DNA of 64,000 nt, taken from positions 55,427 to 119,426 of the forward strand of contig JBPRGF010000018.1 of NCBI GenBank assembly GCA_051418015.1, in the 5' to 3' direction. Numbering within the stretch: position 1 is the first letter of the stretch; every line of letters starts with the position of its first letter. Below the pieces are notes generated by a model. The model ran no database searches. It saw only the letters and a list, made by a program, of their open reading frames with translations, and was not told the origin of the DNA. This DNA comes from Candidatus Nitrospinota bacterium M3_3B_026. GTDB taxonomy: Bacteria > Nitrospinota_A > UBA7883 > JBPRGF01. The position numbers were made by a program, and so were the translations under genes. Shown here in pieces: positions 49,920-59,154 of the stretch.

Positions 49920-50831
49920 CTACCTCACGGCGCTGAAGGTGGGACGGTAGACGAAGGTCGCTACTATGTGCAGCCTCTTCTTGTCCAGCGCCGGGGGGAA
50001 CGCCTCGTAGGGCGCCGCCAGCCTGATGGCCAGGCGGGCCTCGTCGTCCAGGGCCCGGTGGCCGCTCGACTCCAGCACCTTCACTTCCTCCAGGGCGCCG
50101 TCGCTCGACAGGGAGAAGCGTATCACCGTCCTGCCGGAAAGGCTGCGGGAGGCGGCCCCCTCGGGGTAGGCCCACACCAGGTTTATGGCCTTCCTGATGG
50201 CCGTGAAATAATCGACATACTCAAAAGCCCTGGTGTTCAGTGACACCACCGCCTCGTCGCCGAGCTCTATCACGTCGCCGGTGTCCGGGGCGGCGCGTCT
50301 TTGGGCGCCCGTGAGCATGGATACCTTCGCTTCCCCGGCGGCTTCGGGGCTTTCCGTCTTTTCCTCAACCGCCTTCTCCGGGCGTTCAGCGCGGATGACT
50401 TCGGAAGAGAAGGGGTCCGGCTCGCCTGTCTGTCCTTCCCGCTCCCGCGCTGGCGTGGCGGCCTCCATCGTCTTGTCCGCGGGGGCGTTTTCGACGGCTT
50501 TCTCCGCCTTTTCCGTGGCGGCGGCCCCGGAGGGGAGGAGGGTTTCGAGGCTCTTTTTTCTGTCGCCTTTCTCCGGGCCGTGGGAGCGGCTGTCGAACCG
50601 GGCGAGGATTTTTGAGTCTTCCGGCTCCTCCTTTTTCCCGGGCTCCGGCAGGTTCGCGATCCTTCCGCTCTCCAGCTCCACCGCGCCGGGAATATCCTGC
50701 CCGATCACCCTTACGCGCACGGGGGGCGGGCCGCCCCGCTCCGGCATGACGAAGATGAGGCCGGATAGCTGAAAAAGAAAGATATGCGCGGCGACCGACA
50801 ACAAAAAAAACTTCTCTTCCGCCCTGCTCAT
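49920..50831 (-). CDS. TonB family energy transducer
   Basis: TM with SxxxH (SVAAH); C-terminal WAYP...SSGHRALDDEA...FP. Confidence 0.8.
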   Translation of the reverse strand: MSRAEEKFFLLSVAAHIFLFQLSGLIFVMPERGGPPPVRVRVIGQDIPGAVELESGRIANLPEPGKKEEPEDSKILARFDSRSHGPEKGDRKKSLETLLPSGAAATEKAEKAVENAPADKTMEAATPAREREGQTGEPDPFSSEVIRAERPEKAVEEKTESPEAAGEAKVSMLTGAQRRAAPDTGDVIELGDEAVVSLNTRAFEYVDYFTAIRKAINLVWAYPEGAASRSLSGRTVIRFSLSSDGALEEVKVLESSGHRALDDEARLAIRLAAPYEAFPPALDKKRLHIVATFVYRPTFSAVR

Positions 50832-50984
50832 GGGAAAAAGTATAGCAGAGGCGCGGGACGTCCAACCCGGAGGCGCGTTCCGGTTGATTCCTGGCGGGCT
50901 TGGGGATATCATTGACAGCGGTGGTCGGCAACCGGTTCCAGAACCGCCCCCTCGGGGGCCCGGAGAGCTTTTTTGGAAAAAAAG

Positions 50985-51506
50985 ATGCGTCTAGGAATCA
51001 TATCGGACACCCACGACCGCGTCCCGGCCATCGAGGCCGCGGTGGAGATGTTCAACGAAACCGGGGTCGAGGCGGTGTTACACCTGGGCGATTTCGTGGC
51101 GCCCTTCGCGCTTCTGCCTTTCAGGGATCTCAAGGCCCCCTTCTACGCCGTTTACGGCAACAACGACGGGGAAAAAGCCGGGCTCGAGAAAATTTTCGAG
51201 GATAACGGCTGGAGCCTTCGCGACAGGCCCTGGATCCTCGAGCTGAAGGGGAAAAGAATCGCGATGCTGCACGAGCCTGGCCCACTCGACAGGTTCACGC
51301 GGGAGGGCGGGATGGACCTTATCGCCTTCGGCCACACTCACGAGCCTCTCGCGGAGAGACGAGGCGGGGCGCTGGTCGTCAACCCCGGCGAGGGTTGCGG
51401 CTGGCTCTACGGCGCCCCCACCGCCGCCGTGGCGGACCTGGCCTCCGGAGAGTGCGAGATCAGGCGTTTGAAGATAGAGCCCCGTCCCGCGTCCCCCGTC
51501 AGTTGA
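50985..51506 (+). CDS. YfcE/MJ0936 family phosphodiesterase
   Basis: ISDTHD, HLGD, GNND, GHTH, NPGE. Confidence 0.88.
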   Translation: MRLGIISDTHDRVPAIEAAVEMFNETGVEAVLHLGDFVAPFALLPFRDLKAPFYAVYGNNDGEKAGLEKIFEDNGWSLRDRPWILELKGKRIAMLHEPGPLDRFTREGGMDLIAFGHTHEPLAERRGGALVVNPGEGCGWLYGAPTAAVADLASGECEIRRLKIEPRPASPVS

Positions 51507-51700
51507 CATCTAATTATAATCAAAGATATATATAAGTATGATATAATATTCGTAAAATATCATTTATTTATTTAAAATAATTTAACATGAAATATTAATA
51601 TGATGTAATATACATTTAATTAAATTAAAATTTAGGATAATTGTTGACAAATGTAGTTAATTACAGTAAAGTTAGGTTTAATTCGCTGTTAATTGAGTCC
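51503..51700 (+). promoter_or_regulatory. Extremely AT-rich control region with sigma70 promoter(s) for HTH-pilMNOPQ
   Basis: TTGACA(51644)-17 nt-TAAAGT(51667); another TTGACA at 51503; several short palindromes. Confidence 0.6.
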
Positions 51701-51754
51701 CGGCCACGTCATCGGCTGGGTTATGTTGACTGGTAAAAGGCGGAGGGTGGTTGG

Positions 51755-51979
51755 ATGTCATCGAGAGGGCGGCAGGAGCGGAGAAGGAACAACGTGAGGA
51801 AGATCCGCGAGTCCAAGATGATGAGCAAAGCCGAGCTTGCCAGGAAGACGGGCCTTTCCGTCCAGACCATTGACCGCGTGGAGAAGGGCTATTACTGCCG
51901 GCTTGACACGAAGCGGAAGATACTGGTCGCCCTGGGTTTGGATCTGGACGACAGGGCGGGTGTCTTCTACGAGGATTGA
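51755..51979 (+). CDS. XRE-family helix-turn-helix regulator
   Basis: VRKIRE..MMSKAELARKTGLSVQTIDRVEKG. Confidence 0.85.
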   Translation: MSSRGRQERRRNNVRKIRESKMMSKAELARKTGLSVQTIDRVEKGYYCRLDTKRKILVALGLDLDDRAGVFYED

Positions 51980-52008
51980 TCATCCATTCTATAGTCATGA
52001 GGTGACCG

Positions 52009-53121
52009 GTGTTCTCGCTTTGGGATAAGCCTTTTCTGGGGATCGACATAGGCTCCACCTCGGTGAAGGCCGCCCTTCTGAAGAAGACGAAGCGCGGGTT
52101 CGAGCTTTTGAGCTTCGGCATGATCCCCCTTCCCCAGGACACCATAGTCGACGACGAGGTGGAGAACCCCGCCGCCGTCTCCGAGGCCATCAAGAGCCTG
52201 CTCAAGGCGGAGAAGATCACCAAGGTTAAAAACTGCGTCTTCTCCATATCCGGCCAGTCGGTGATCATAAAGAAGATAACGGTTCCCCTGATGAGCGAGG
52301 ACGACCTGGCGGAGTCGATCCAGCAGGAGGCCGAGCAGTACATCCCCTTCGACATAGACGAGGTCAACGTCGATTTCCAGATAGTGAAGGCCGAGGGGGA
52401 GGTGCCCAAGAAGGGCGAGAAGCTGTCCGAGGAGGAGGACCGCCAGATGGACGTCCTGCTGGTGGCGGCCAAGAAAGGGATCATAGCCGAGCAGGCCGAG
52501 ATCATCCAGAACGCCGGCCTGAAGCCGGTCGTGGTGGACCTTGACGTCTTCGCCCTGGAGAACGCCTACGAGCTGTCCTACGGCCTGGACGAGGAGGACA
52601 CGGTGGCCCTGGTGAACATCGGCGCCTCCTCCACCAACGTCAACATTATAGAAGCCGGGGTGACCGCCTACACCCGGGACATGCCCGTGGGGGGCAACAA
52701 CATCACCGAGGCGATCCAGAAGAACATGAACGTCGGGTTCCGCGACGCGGAGCTTTACAAGCTGGGGCACCTGGACGAGTCCGTCAGCGCCGCGGAGGTG
52801 GCGGCCAGGGTCAAGGACGGCGTGGCCGACATCATCGAGGAGCTCAAGAAGACCTTCGACATGTTCCAGCGAACCTCCGAGGGGCGCGTCCGCCGGATAT
52901 ACCTGTCCGGCGGCTCGGCCATGATGGAGGGGATAGACGGGCTGATCGCCGAGGGGATGGGTCTTTCCTGCCAGGTGATAAACCCTTTCAGGGAGATCAA
53001 GGTGAACCCCCGGGTCTTCGATGAGGAGTATATAGAGGCCATCGGCCCCTCCGCCGCCGTGGCGGTGGGTCTGGCCACGAGGCGGCTGGACGACAAGAGC
53101 GAACAGGTGGTGAAGGAATAG
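52009..53121 (+). CDS. pilM: Type IV pilus assembly protein PilM
   Basis: GIDIGSTSVK, QYIPFDIDEV, LVNIGA, YLSGG, AVGLA. Confidence 0.93.
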   Translation: MFSLWDKPFLGIDIGSTSVKAALLKKTKRGFELLSFGMIPLPQDTIVDDEVENPAAVSEAIKSLLKAEKITKVKNCVFSISGQSVIIKKITVPLMSEDDLAESIQQEAEQYIPFDIDEVNVDFQIVKAEGEVPKKGEKLSEEEDRQMDVLLVAAKKGIIAEQAEIIQNAGLKPVVVDLDVFALENAYELSYGLDEEDTVALVNIGASSTNVNIIEAGVTAYTRDMPVGGNNITEAIQKNMNVGFRDAELYKLGHLDESVSAAEVAARVKDGVADIIEELKKTFDMFQRTSEGRVRRIYLSGGSAMMEGIDGLIAEGMGLSCQVINPFREIKVNPRVFDEEYIEAIGPSAAVAVGLATRRLDDKSEQVVKE

Positions 53122-53125
53122 GCGC

Positions 53126-53731
53126 ATGATAAGGATAAACCTCCTCGCCGACCGCCACGCCAAGGACAGGCTCATAATCCAGCAGCAGGTCGTGGCCGGT
53201 ATCGTCATCATCATCGCCTCCATCGCCCTTTGCGGCTTCTGGTGGAACATGAAGCGGGGCGACATCGCCGTCGTGAACACCAAGATAGAACAGGCGAAGG
53301 AAGAGCTGGCCAAGCAGAAGAAGATCCGGGAGCAGGTCAAGAAGATGGAGGCCCGGGAGCGGCGGGTCAAGCAGATCCTGGAGGCGATCGAATATCTCAG
53401 GATGGAGAAGAAGGGCCCCGTTCCCTACATGGACGAGTTGAACGTCCTGCTGCCCCAGGAGATATGGCTCACCAGGGTCGAGGACAACAACGGGTCGCTG
53501 ACCATAACCGGCTTTTCTTTCTCCAACACCGCCGTGGCCCGTCTCATGAAGAACATGGAGAAGTCCGGCCAGTTCCTGAACGTGGAGCTCAAGGAGATAA
53601 GGAAGGCCAAGGTGGCCAAGGAGGACGTGAAAAAGTTCTCGGTGAAGAGCATGAGCGTCATCGGCAAGAAGCTGGCGGAGAAGAAGGCCAAGGAAGAGGC
53701 CGCGAAAAAAGGGAAGAAAAAGAGACGATAA
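53126..53731 (+). CDS. pilN: Type IV pilus assembly protein PilN
   Basis: MIRINLL motif, TM helix, coiled coil, LP..IWL. Confidence 0.9.
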   Translation: MIRINLLADRHAKDRLIIQQQVVAGIVIIIASIALCGFWWNMKRGDIAVVNTKIEQAKEELAKQKKIREQVKKMEARERRVKQILEAIEYLRMEKKGPVPYMDELNVLLPQEIWLTRVEDNNGSLTITGFSFSNTAVARLMKNMEKSGQFLNVELKEIRKAKVAKEDVKKFSVKSMSVIGKKLAEKKAKEEAAKKGKKKRR

Positions 53732-53776
53732 AACGGCCGGGCGCGCCTGGCCCGGCCCCGTCATACGAGGATAAAG

Positions 53777-54409
53777 GTGGACCTGGACAAGCTCTTTGAG
53801 AAAGTACCTTACGAGAGGCTGTACCCCATACCCTCCTGGCAGCGCATGGGGGCCGTCATCGGCGTGGCCGCCGTTATCGTGGGGATATTCTACTTCGTGG
53901 TGATAAAGGGCAAGGACAGGGAGATAGCCAGGCTCCAGCAGAACCTGGCCAAGGTGAAAAAGGAAGTGGAGGACAACAGGGTCCACACCAGGGACTTCAG
54001 CAAGCTCAAGGGGAGAATGGTCCAGCTGGAGGTCGATCTCGACGAGGCCACCAGGCAACTGCCTTCGGGGAAGGAGATCCCGGAGCTTCTGGAGCAGATA
54101 TCCAACATCGGCACCCAGTTCGGGCTGGAGTTTCTCGTCTTCAGGCCCATGCCGGAGATTATAAAGGATTTCTACTCCGAGGTGCCGGTGAGCGTGAAGG
54201 TGGTCGGCAAGTTCCACAACATACTGATGTTTTTCGACGAGATCGCGAGCCTTCCCAGGATAGTTACGGTCAAGTCCATCGACATCAAAAGCGGGAAGAA
54301 GGAGACCGGGATTACGAACCTCGAGACCTCCTGCGAAATCGTGACATACAGGTTCATCGAAGAGGCCGAGAGGAAGAAGAAGGCCGCCAAGAACAAGAAA
54401 AAGAAATAA
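53777..54409 (+). CDS. pilO: Type IV pilus assembly protein PilO
   Basis: QLPSGKEIPELL, FYSEVP, LPRIV, TYRF. Confidence 0.92.
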   Translation: MDLDKLFEKVPYERLYPIPSWQRMGAVIGVAAVIVGIFYFVVIKGKDREIARLQQNLAKVKKEVEDNRVHTRDFSKLKGRMVQLEVDLDEATRQLPSGKEIPELLEQISNIGTQFGLEFLVFRPMPEIIKDFYSEVPVSVKVVGKFHNILMFFDEIASLPRIVTVKSIDIKSGKKETGITNLETSCEIVTYRFIEEAERKKKAAKNKKKK

Positions 54410-54460
54410 CGGGATGATATACGTGAGCGGGACTGTTTTTAGCGAACGTGGGAAAATGGT

Positions 54461-55381
54461 ATGAAGGCTAAGATAGCCGTACTTGTTCTGCTGGCCGCGG
54501 CCATAGCCGGCTACTGGGGATACAGCTTTTTCCTCAAGGGCGGCGAAGGCGGCGACGAAAAGAGCATAAAGGAGTCTTTCCAGGCGATGTCCGCGGCCAT
54601 AGCCTCCGGGAACGAGGCCGTCATAAAAAGCTTCGTAGCGCCCACGTTCTCGGACAAGAAGATAACGAGAAAAGACCTTTTGACGGCGCTGACAAGGAAA
54701 CGGTCCGTGTACGAGGCCAGGATAAGCGCCGTCACGGCGCAGGGGAACCTGGCCACGCTGATCTACACCAGGACGGAGGCCCTGAAAGGCGGCGAGCCCG
54801 TTACCGCGCGGATAGCCGGCGAGACCTGGATCCGCGACAGCAAGAGGCCCGCCGTGTGGAGGTTGCACAGGCTCGCCCCCAACGACAAGTGGCTCAGGAC
54901 AGTGGAAGTGAAAAAGGAGGAAAAGAAAGAAAAGGCCGGGTCTGAAAAGGATAAAAAGGTGCTGGGGACCCTGGAGGCGGCCGCCGGGCGGCTCGCGGCC
55001 GGAGAAGAGCGCTACTCGCCGGTGGGCAAGCGCGACCCCTTCCGGCCCCTCATAGCCATGACGGAGGGCCCCGCCGCGGTGGAGGAGGTCTGCGAGCCGG
55101 AGCGGCCCCGCGAGCTTCTGGAAAACTACAACCTGATGTCGCTGAAGCTGGCCGGCGTAATACAGGCCGGAGCGGGGGAAGCCGCGGTCCTTATAGAAGC
55201 GCCGGACGGCAAGGGATATACTGTCCGCGAGGGCATGTACCTAGGGAAGAACTGCGGGAAGGTCATCGACATAAAAAGCGACTACCTGCTTATACGGGAG
55301 AAAGTCCACACGCCTGGCGCGGAGGCCGGCGTCTTTGAGCCCGTGGAAACAATGTTGAAACTCAGACCAGAGGAGGGCTGA
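54461..55381 (+). CDS. pilP: PilP with N-terminal TM anchor and extra NTF2/SnoaL-like domain
   Basis: C-terminal YSPVGKRDPFRP...LKLAGVI...PDGKGYTVREGMYLG; lies between pilO and pilQ. Confidence 0.8.
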   Translation: MKAKIAVLVLLAAAIAGYWGYSFFLKGGEGGDEKSIKESFQAMSAAIASGNEAVIKSFVAPTFSDKKITRKDLLTALTRKRSVYEARISAVTAQGNLATLIYTRTEALKGGEPVTARIAGETWIRDSKRPAVWRLHRLAPNDKWLRTVEVKKEEKKEKAGSEKDKKVLGTLEAAAGRLAAGEERYSPVGKRDPFRPLIAMTEGPAAVEEVCEPERPRELLENYNLMSLKLAGVIQAGAGEAAVLIEAPDGKGYTVREGMYLGKNCGKVIDIKSDYLLIREKVHTPGAEAGVFEPVETMLKLRPEEG

Positions 55382-55384
55382 TCA

Positions 55385-57565
55385 GTGAATGCGCTCAAAA
55401 AGAGGTCGATCTTCTTCTTCCTCTCGTTATTCCTGTTCACGGCGGCCTGCGCAAGCGGATCCCAGATAGCGAAAAACCAGGGCGGTGAGCCCCCGGCGCC
55501 CGTCCGCGTCCAGGACATAGCCGTCGCCGGGGAGGGAGAGAGCGTGGAGGTGACCATCGAGGCCGACGGCCGGATAGATTACACCGCCTTCCAGCTCAGC
55601 GGCCCGGACCGCCTCATCCTGGACATGCGCGGGGTGGACCTGTCGGAGTTCCAGGATGTGATTCCCGTTAACAAGGGGCCCGTGAAGGCTATCAGGCCGT
55701 ACTATTTCGAAAGCTCCAACGATTCCAGGCTGGAGATGGACCTGGCCGGGAGCGTCGAATACGAGGTGGAAAACTCCGAGCCCTCCCGGCTCCGTGTCGC
55801 CGTAAAACCCGGAAAGACACCGCCCCCCGTGATGTCCGGCCCCGCCGGCGGGGCGGAGACGGCCACCAAGGCCGGAACGGCCGCGGCGGACATGGAGACC
55901 ATGACCGTCACCGGTGACATCGAAGGCCCCGCCCGCGTCGTGGACGTCGCGTTCCGGCAGATAGAGGGCCTGTCCAAGGTGGAGGTCCGGCTCTCCAGGC
56001 CCGACCCCGAGTTCGAGCTGATCGCCAGGGACAACCTGAACCGGCTGACCATGAACCTTCCCGGCGCCTTCATCACCCCCAGGGACGAGAGGCTTATAAA
56101 CGTCGCTCTGGAGGAATCCAAGGTGAAGAACGTCGCCGCCTTCCAGTTCCGCGGCGGCGATGATCCACTGGCCAAGGTGGTGGTGAGCCTGGAGGAGAAC
56201 CTGCCATACAACATATACAGCGAAGGCTCCAGGGTCGTCCTCGACATGGGTGACAAGGCCGTCCTGGCGCTGGCCACCAGGATCACGAAGGACAGGGAGG
56301 GGGAGCTTGCGCCGGAGATCGTCGGCGCGCCCGAGACGGAATACACAGGCGCGCGCATCTCGCTGGACTTCCAGAAGGCGGACATACACAACATATTGAG
56401 GATCATAGCCGATGTCTCCGGCTATAACATCATCACCTCCGACAACGTCAAGGGACAGGTCACCATGAAGCTCAGGGACGTTCCCTGGGACCAGGCCCTG
56501 GAGGTTATACTCAAGAACAACGGCCTCGACCAGATCCGCGACGGGAACATAATCCGCGTCGCCCCGGTGGCCGAGATCCAGAGGGAAAAAGAGGCCCAGC
56601 GCCAGCGCGAGGAGACGGAAAAGCAGATCGAGCCTCTCTACACCAAGCTTTTGGAGGTCAACTACGAGTCCGCCTCCAACATGAAGAAAAACCTGGAGTC
56701 CCTGAAAAGCGAGCGCGGCTCCATAGAGATAAACGAGCGGACGAACACCCTCATCATCAAGGACACCAGGTCCAAGCTCGTCCAGATGGAGAGCCTCATC
56801 AAGCAGCTCGACAAAAAAGAGCAGCAGGTTCTCATAGAGGCCCGGATCGTGGAGGTGACCCACAACAAGGCCCGGGAGCTCGGCATCCAGTGGGGCGGGT
56901 ACGCCAACCGCGTCACCAACGCCACCTTCCCCAACACCATCGGCGTGACCGGCGGCGCCGGCGCCTCCCCGAACACGGGGCTAGGCGGCGTGGCGGTGAA
57001 CCTGCCCACGACGGCCAGCCCCACGGGGGCCCTGGGGATTACCCTGGGCCACATCAATGGCACCGCCCTGCTCGACGCGCGCCTCATGGCGATGGAGAAT
57101 CAGGGCGCCGGACGCATCATCTCCATGCCGAAGATCACCACCATGAACAACAAGGAGGCGACCATAGAGTCCGGCAGCGAGATACCGTACCAGACCGTCT
57201 CCGCCGACGGGACGAAGACGGAGTTCAAAAAGGCCAGCCTGTCGCTGAAGGTGACGCCCCACGTGACGCCGGACAGGCACGTGCGCCTCGAGATCGAGAC
57301 CAACAAGGACGAGCCGGACTGGGCGAACCAGCTTCCCGGCGCGCCGCCTCCCATACGCACCAAGCAGGCCAAGACGGAGGTGCTGGTCATGGACGGCGAC
57401 ACGACGGTCATCGGGGGGCTGTTCAAGGACACCAACCAGCGGGCCGAGAACAGGGTGCCCGGTTTCGGCGAGTTGCCGCTTTTCGGATGGCTCTTCAAGA
57501 ACAGGCTGGAGACCAAGACGGGCGAGGAGTTGCTGATATTCATTACTCCGAAGATAGCGGAGTGA
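55385..57565 (+). CDS. pilQ: Type IV pilus secretin PilQ (AMIN-like repeats, lipobox)
   Basis: TAAC lipobox, ISLDFQKAD, VPWDQAL, QVLIEARIVE, TVIGGL, ELLIFITP. Confidence 0.95.
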   Translation: MNALKKRSIFFFLSLFLFTAACASGSQIAKNQGGEPPAPVRVQDIAVAGEGESVEVTIEADGRIDYTAFQLSGPDRLILDMRGVDLSEFQDVIPVNKGPVKAIRPYYFESSNDSRLEMDLAGSVEYEVENSEPSRLRVAVKPGKTPPPVMSGPAGGAETATKAGTAAADMETMTVTGDIEGPARVVDVAFRQIEGLSKVEVRLSRPDPEFELIARDNLNRLTMNLPGAFITPRDERLINVALEESKVKNVAAFQFRGGDDPLAKVVVSLEENLPYNIYSEGSRVVLDMGDKAVLALATRITKDREGELAPEIVGAPETEYTGARISLDFQKADIHNILRIIADVSGYNIITSDNVKGQVTMKLRDVPWDQALEVILKNNGLDQIRDGNIIRVAPVAEIQREKEAQRQREETEKQIEPLYTKLLEVNYESASNMKKNLESLKSERGSIEINERTNTLIIKDTRSKLVQMESLIKQLDKKEQQVLIEARIVEVTHNKARELGIQWGGYANRVTNATFPNTIGVTGGAGASPNTGLGGVAVNLPTTASPTGALGITLGHINGTALLDARLMAMENQGAGRIISMPKITTMNNKEATIESGSEIPYQTVSADGTKTEFKKASLSLKVTPHVTPDRHVRLEIETNKDEPDWANQLPGAPPPIRTKQAKTEVLVMDGDTTVIGGLFKDTNQRAENRVPGFGELPLFGWLFKNRLETKTGEELLIFITPKIAE

Positions 57566-57566
57566 T

Positions 57567-58025
57567 ATGAAGGGGACGAAGATGATGAAAGCGCTGACTT
57601 GGGAAAAGATCCTGATCCTGGCGGCCCTGTTGCTCGCGCCCCTGGCGCTGGCGGGATGCGGCGAGTCTGAAGGGGAGAGCGTGGCGGCGGCCTCGAGCGG
57701 CGTCAAGGGGCCCTCGTATCCTAGCGGATATCACATGGAGCTGATCGTGACGCCGTACAGCACCATATCGAACTCCACCGTCAACGTCACGGTCAAGGTC
57801 TGGGACTCGAACGGCAACCCCGCGGGAGGAGTCGCCGTGATGGTCGGCGGGGACGAGTCCGCCGACGATGACAACTTCGGTACCACCGGGAGCAACGGCG
57901 AGGCCAGGTGGTCGTGGGAGATCAAGGCCCCGGCCGGGGCGGTTCTCCCCATAACGGCGACGGTGGAGAGCATGTCGGCGACGGTGATGGTGCAGGTGGT
58001 CTCCGCCGCGGGCGCGGAGGCCTAG
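57567..58025 (+). CDS. Ig-like (Big_1-type) lipoprotein
   Basis: LAGC lipobox; VTVKVWDSNGNP and TGSNGEA patterns. Confidence 0.65.
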   Translation: MKGTKMMKALTWEKILILAALLLAPLALAGCGESEGESVAAASSGVKGPSYPSGYHMELIVTPYSTISNSTVNVTVKVWDSNGNPAGGVAVMVGGDESADDDNFGTTGSNGEARWSWEIKAPAGAVLPITATVESMSATVMVQVVSAAGAEA

Positions 58026-58050
58026 GACGAATGGAGGAAACGGTCAGCGG

Positions 58051-59154
58051 GTGACCCGGGTTGTAAGGAAGGAAAGGGTCGAGCTTGGCCCCCGCTCGTA
58101 TGACATAGTAATAGGCCCCGGGGTCCTGGCCGGGCGGGCCGGAAGGCTCGTGAGGGCGCTGGGCGAGGCGGCCCTGGTGGTTTCGAACCGCCGGGTGTTC
58201 GGCCTGTACGGCGGGCAGCTGGGCTCGTCGCTTTCGGCCGCGGGCGTTGAATGGGGAAAAATTCTCCTGCCCGACGGCGAGAGATACAAGACCATGGCCT
58301 CCGTGGGCCGGGTCCACGACAGGCTGGTCGCGGGAAGATACGGCCGCGACGCCGTCGTGATCGCCCTCGGGGGCGGAGTGATAGGAGACATCGCCGGGTT
58401 CGCCGCGGCGACTTACATGCGCGGCGTTCGGGTGGCGCAGGCGCCAACGACGCTTCTTGCGCAGGTGGACAGCTCGGTCGGCGGAAAGACCGGGGTGAAC
58501 CACCCGAAAGGCAAGAACCTGATCGGGGCGTTCCACCAGCCGAGCCTGGTGATGGCGGACACGGCGACGCTGAAGACGCTGCCGGCCGGGGAGATCCTCG
58601 GCGGCGCCGCGGAGGTTATAAAATACGGCTGTATCGCCGACGCGAGGTTTTTTAAGTTTCTGGAAGGGAACATAGAAAAGCTCGTAAAGCTGGAGCCGAA
58701 AACGACGGCGAGAGCGGTCCGGACCTCCTGCCGGATAAAGGCCGCCGTGGTGGCCGAGGACGAGCGGGAGGCGGGCCGGAGAGCGATATTGAACTTCGGC
58801 CACACCGTGGGCCACGCCATAGAGGCGGTGACCGGGTACAAGAAGTACCGCCACGGACACGCGGTGGCCATGGGAATGCGCGCCGCGGCGGCCCTTTCGC
58901 GGATGAAGGGGACGCTGACCGGCGAGGATGAGGAGCGTATCGCGCGGCTGATCGAGAGGGCCGGGCTGCCGGCCTCGATACCGCGTCCGATTGGCGAGAA
59001 GGCGTTGGTGAAGGCTATGGAGCATGACAAGAAGGTCAAGGCGGGATCGATCCGGTTCGCGTTGTTGCGCGGGATCGGGCGGTGCGAGATCCGCGGCGAC
59101 GTGACAAGAAGCGAGATTCGCGAGGCTATAAGACGGAGCAGAAGAAAATGTTGA
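58051..59154 (+). CDS. aroB: 3-dehydroquinate synthase
   Basis: PDGERYK, GGGVIGD, PTTLLAQVDSSVGGKTG, NFGHTVGHAIE, HGHAV, DKK. Confidence 0.96.
   Translation: MTRVVRKERVELGPRSYDIVIGPGVLAGRAGRLVRALGEAALVVSNRRVFGLYGGQLGSSLSAAGVEWGKILLPDGERYKTMASVGRVHDRLVAGRYGRDAVVIALGGGVIGDIAGFAAATYMRGVRVAQAPTTLLAQVDSSVGGKTGVNHPKGKNLIGAFHQPSLVMADTATLKTLPAGEILGGAAEVIKYGCIADARFFKFLEGNIEKLVKLEPKTTARAVRTSCRIKAAVVAEDEREAGRRAILNFGHTVGHAIEAVTGYKKYRHGHAVAMGMRAAAALSRMKGTLTGEDEERIARLIERAGLPASIPRPIGEKALVKAMEHDKKVKAGSIRFALLRGIGRCEIRGDVTRSEIREAIRRSRRKC

Noticed and set aside
51580..51607. dif site (ATTTAACATGA resembles the XerD arm)
   Set aside because: No XerC-like arm 6 nt away; such a match is expected by chance in AT-rich DNA.
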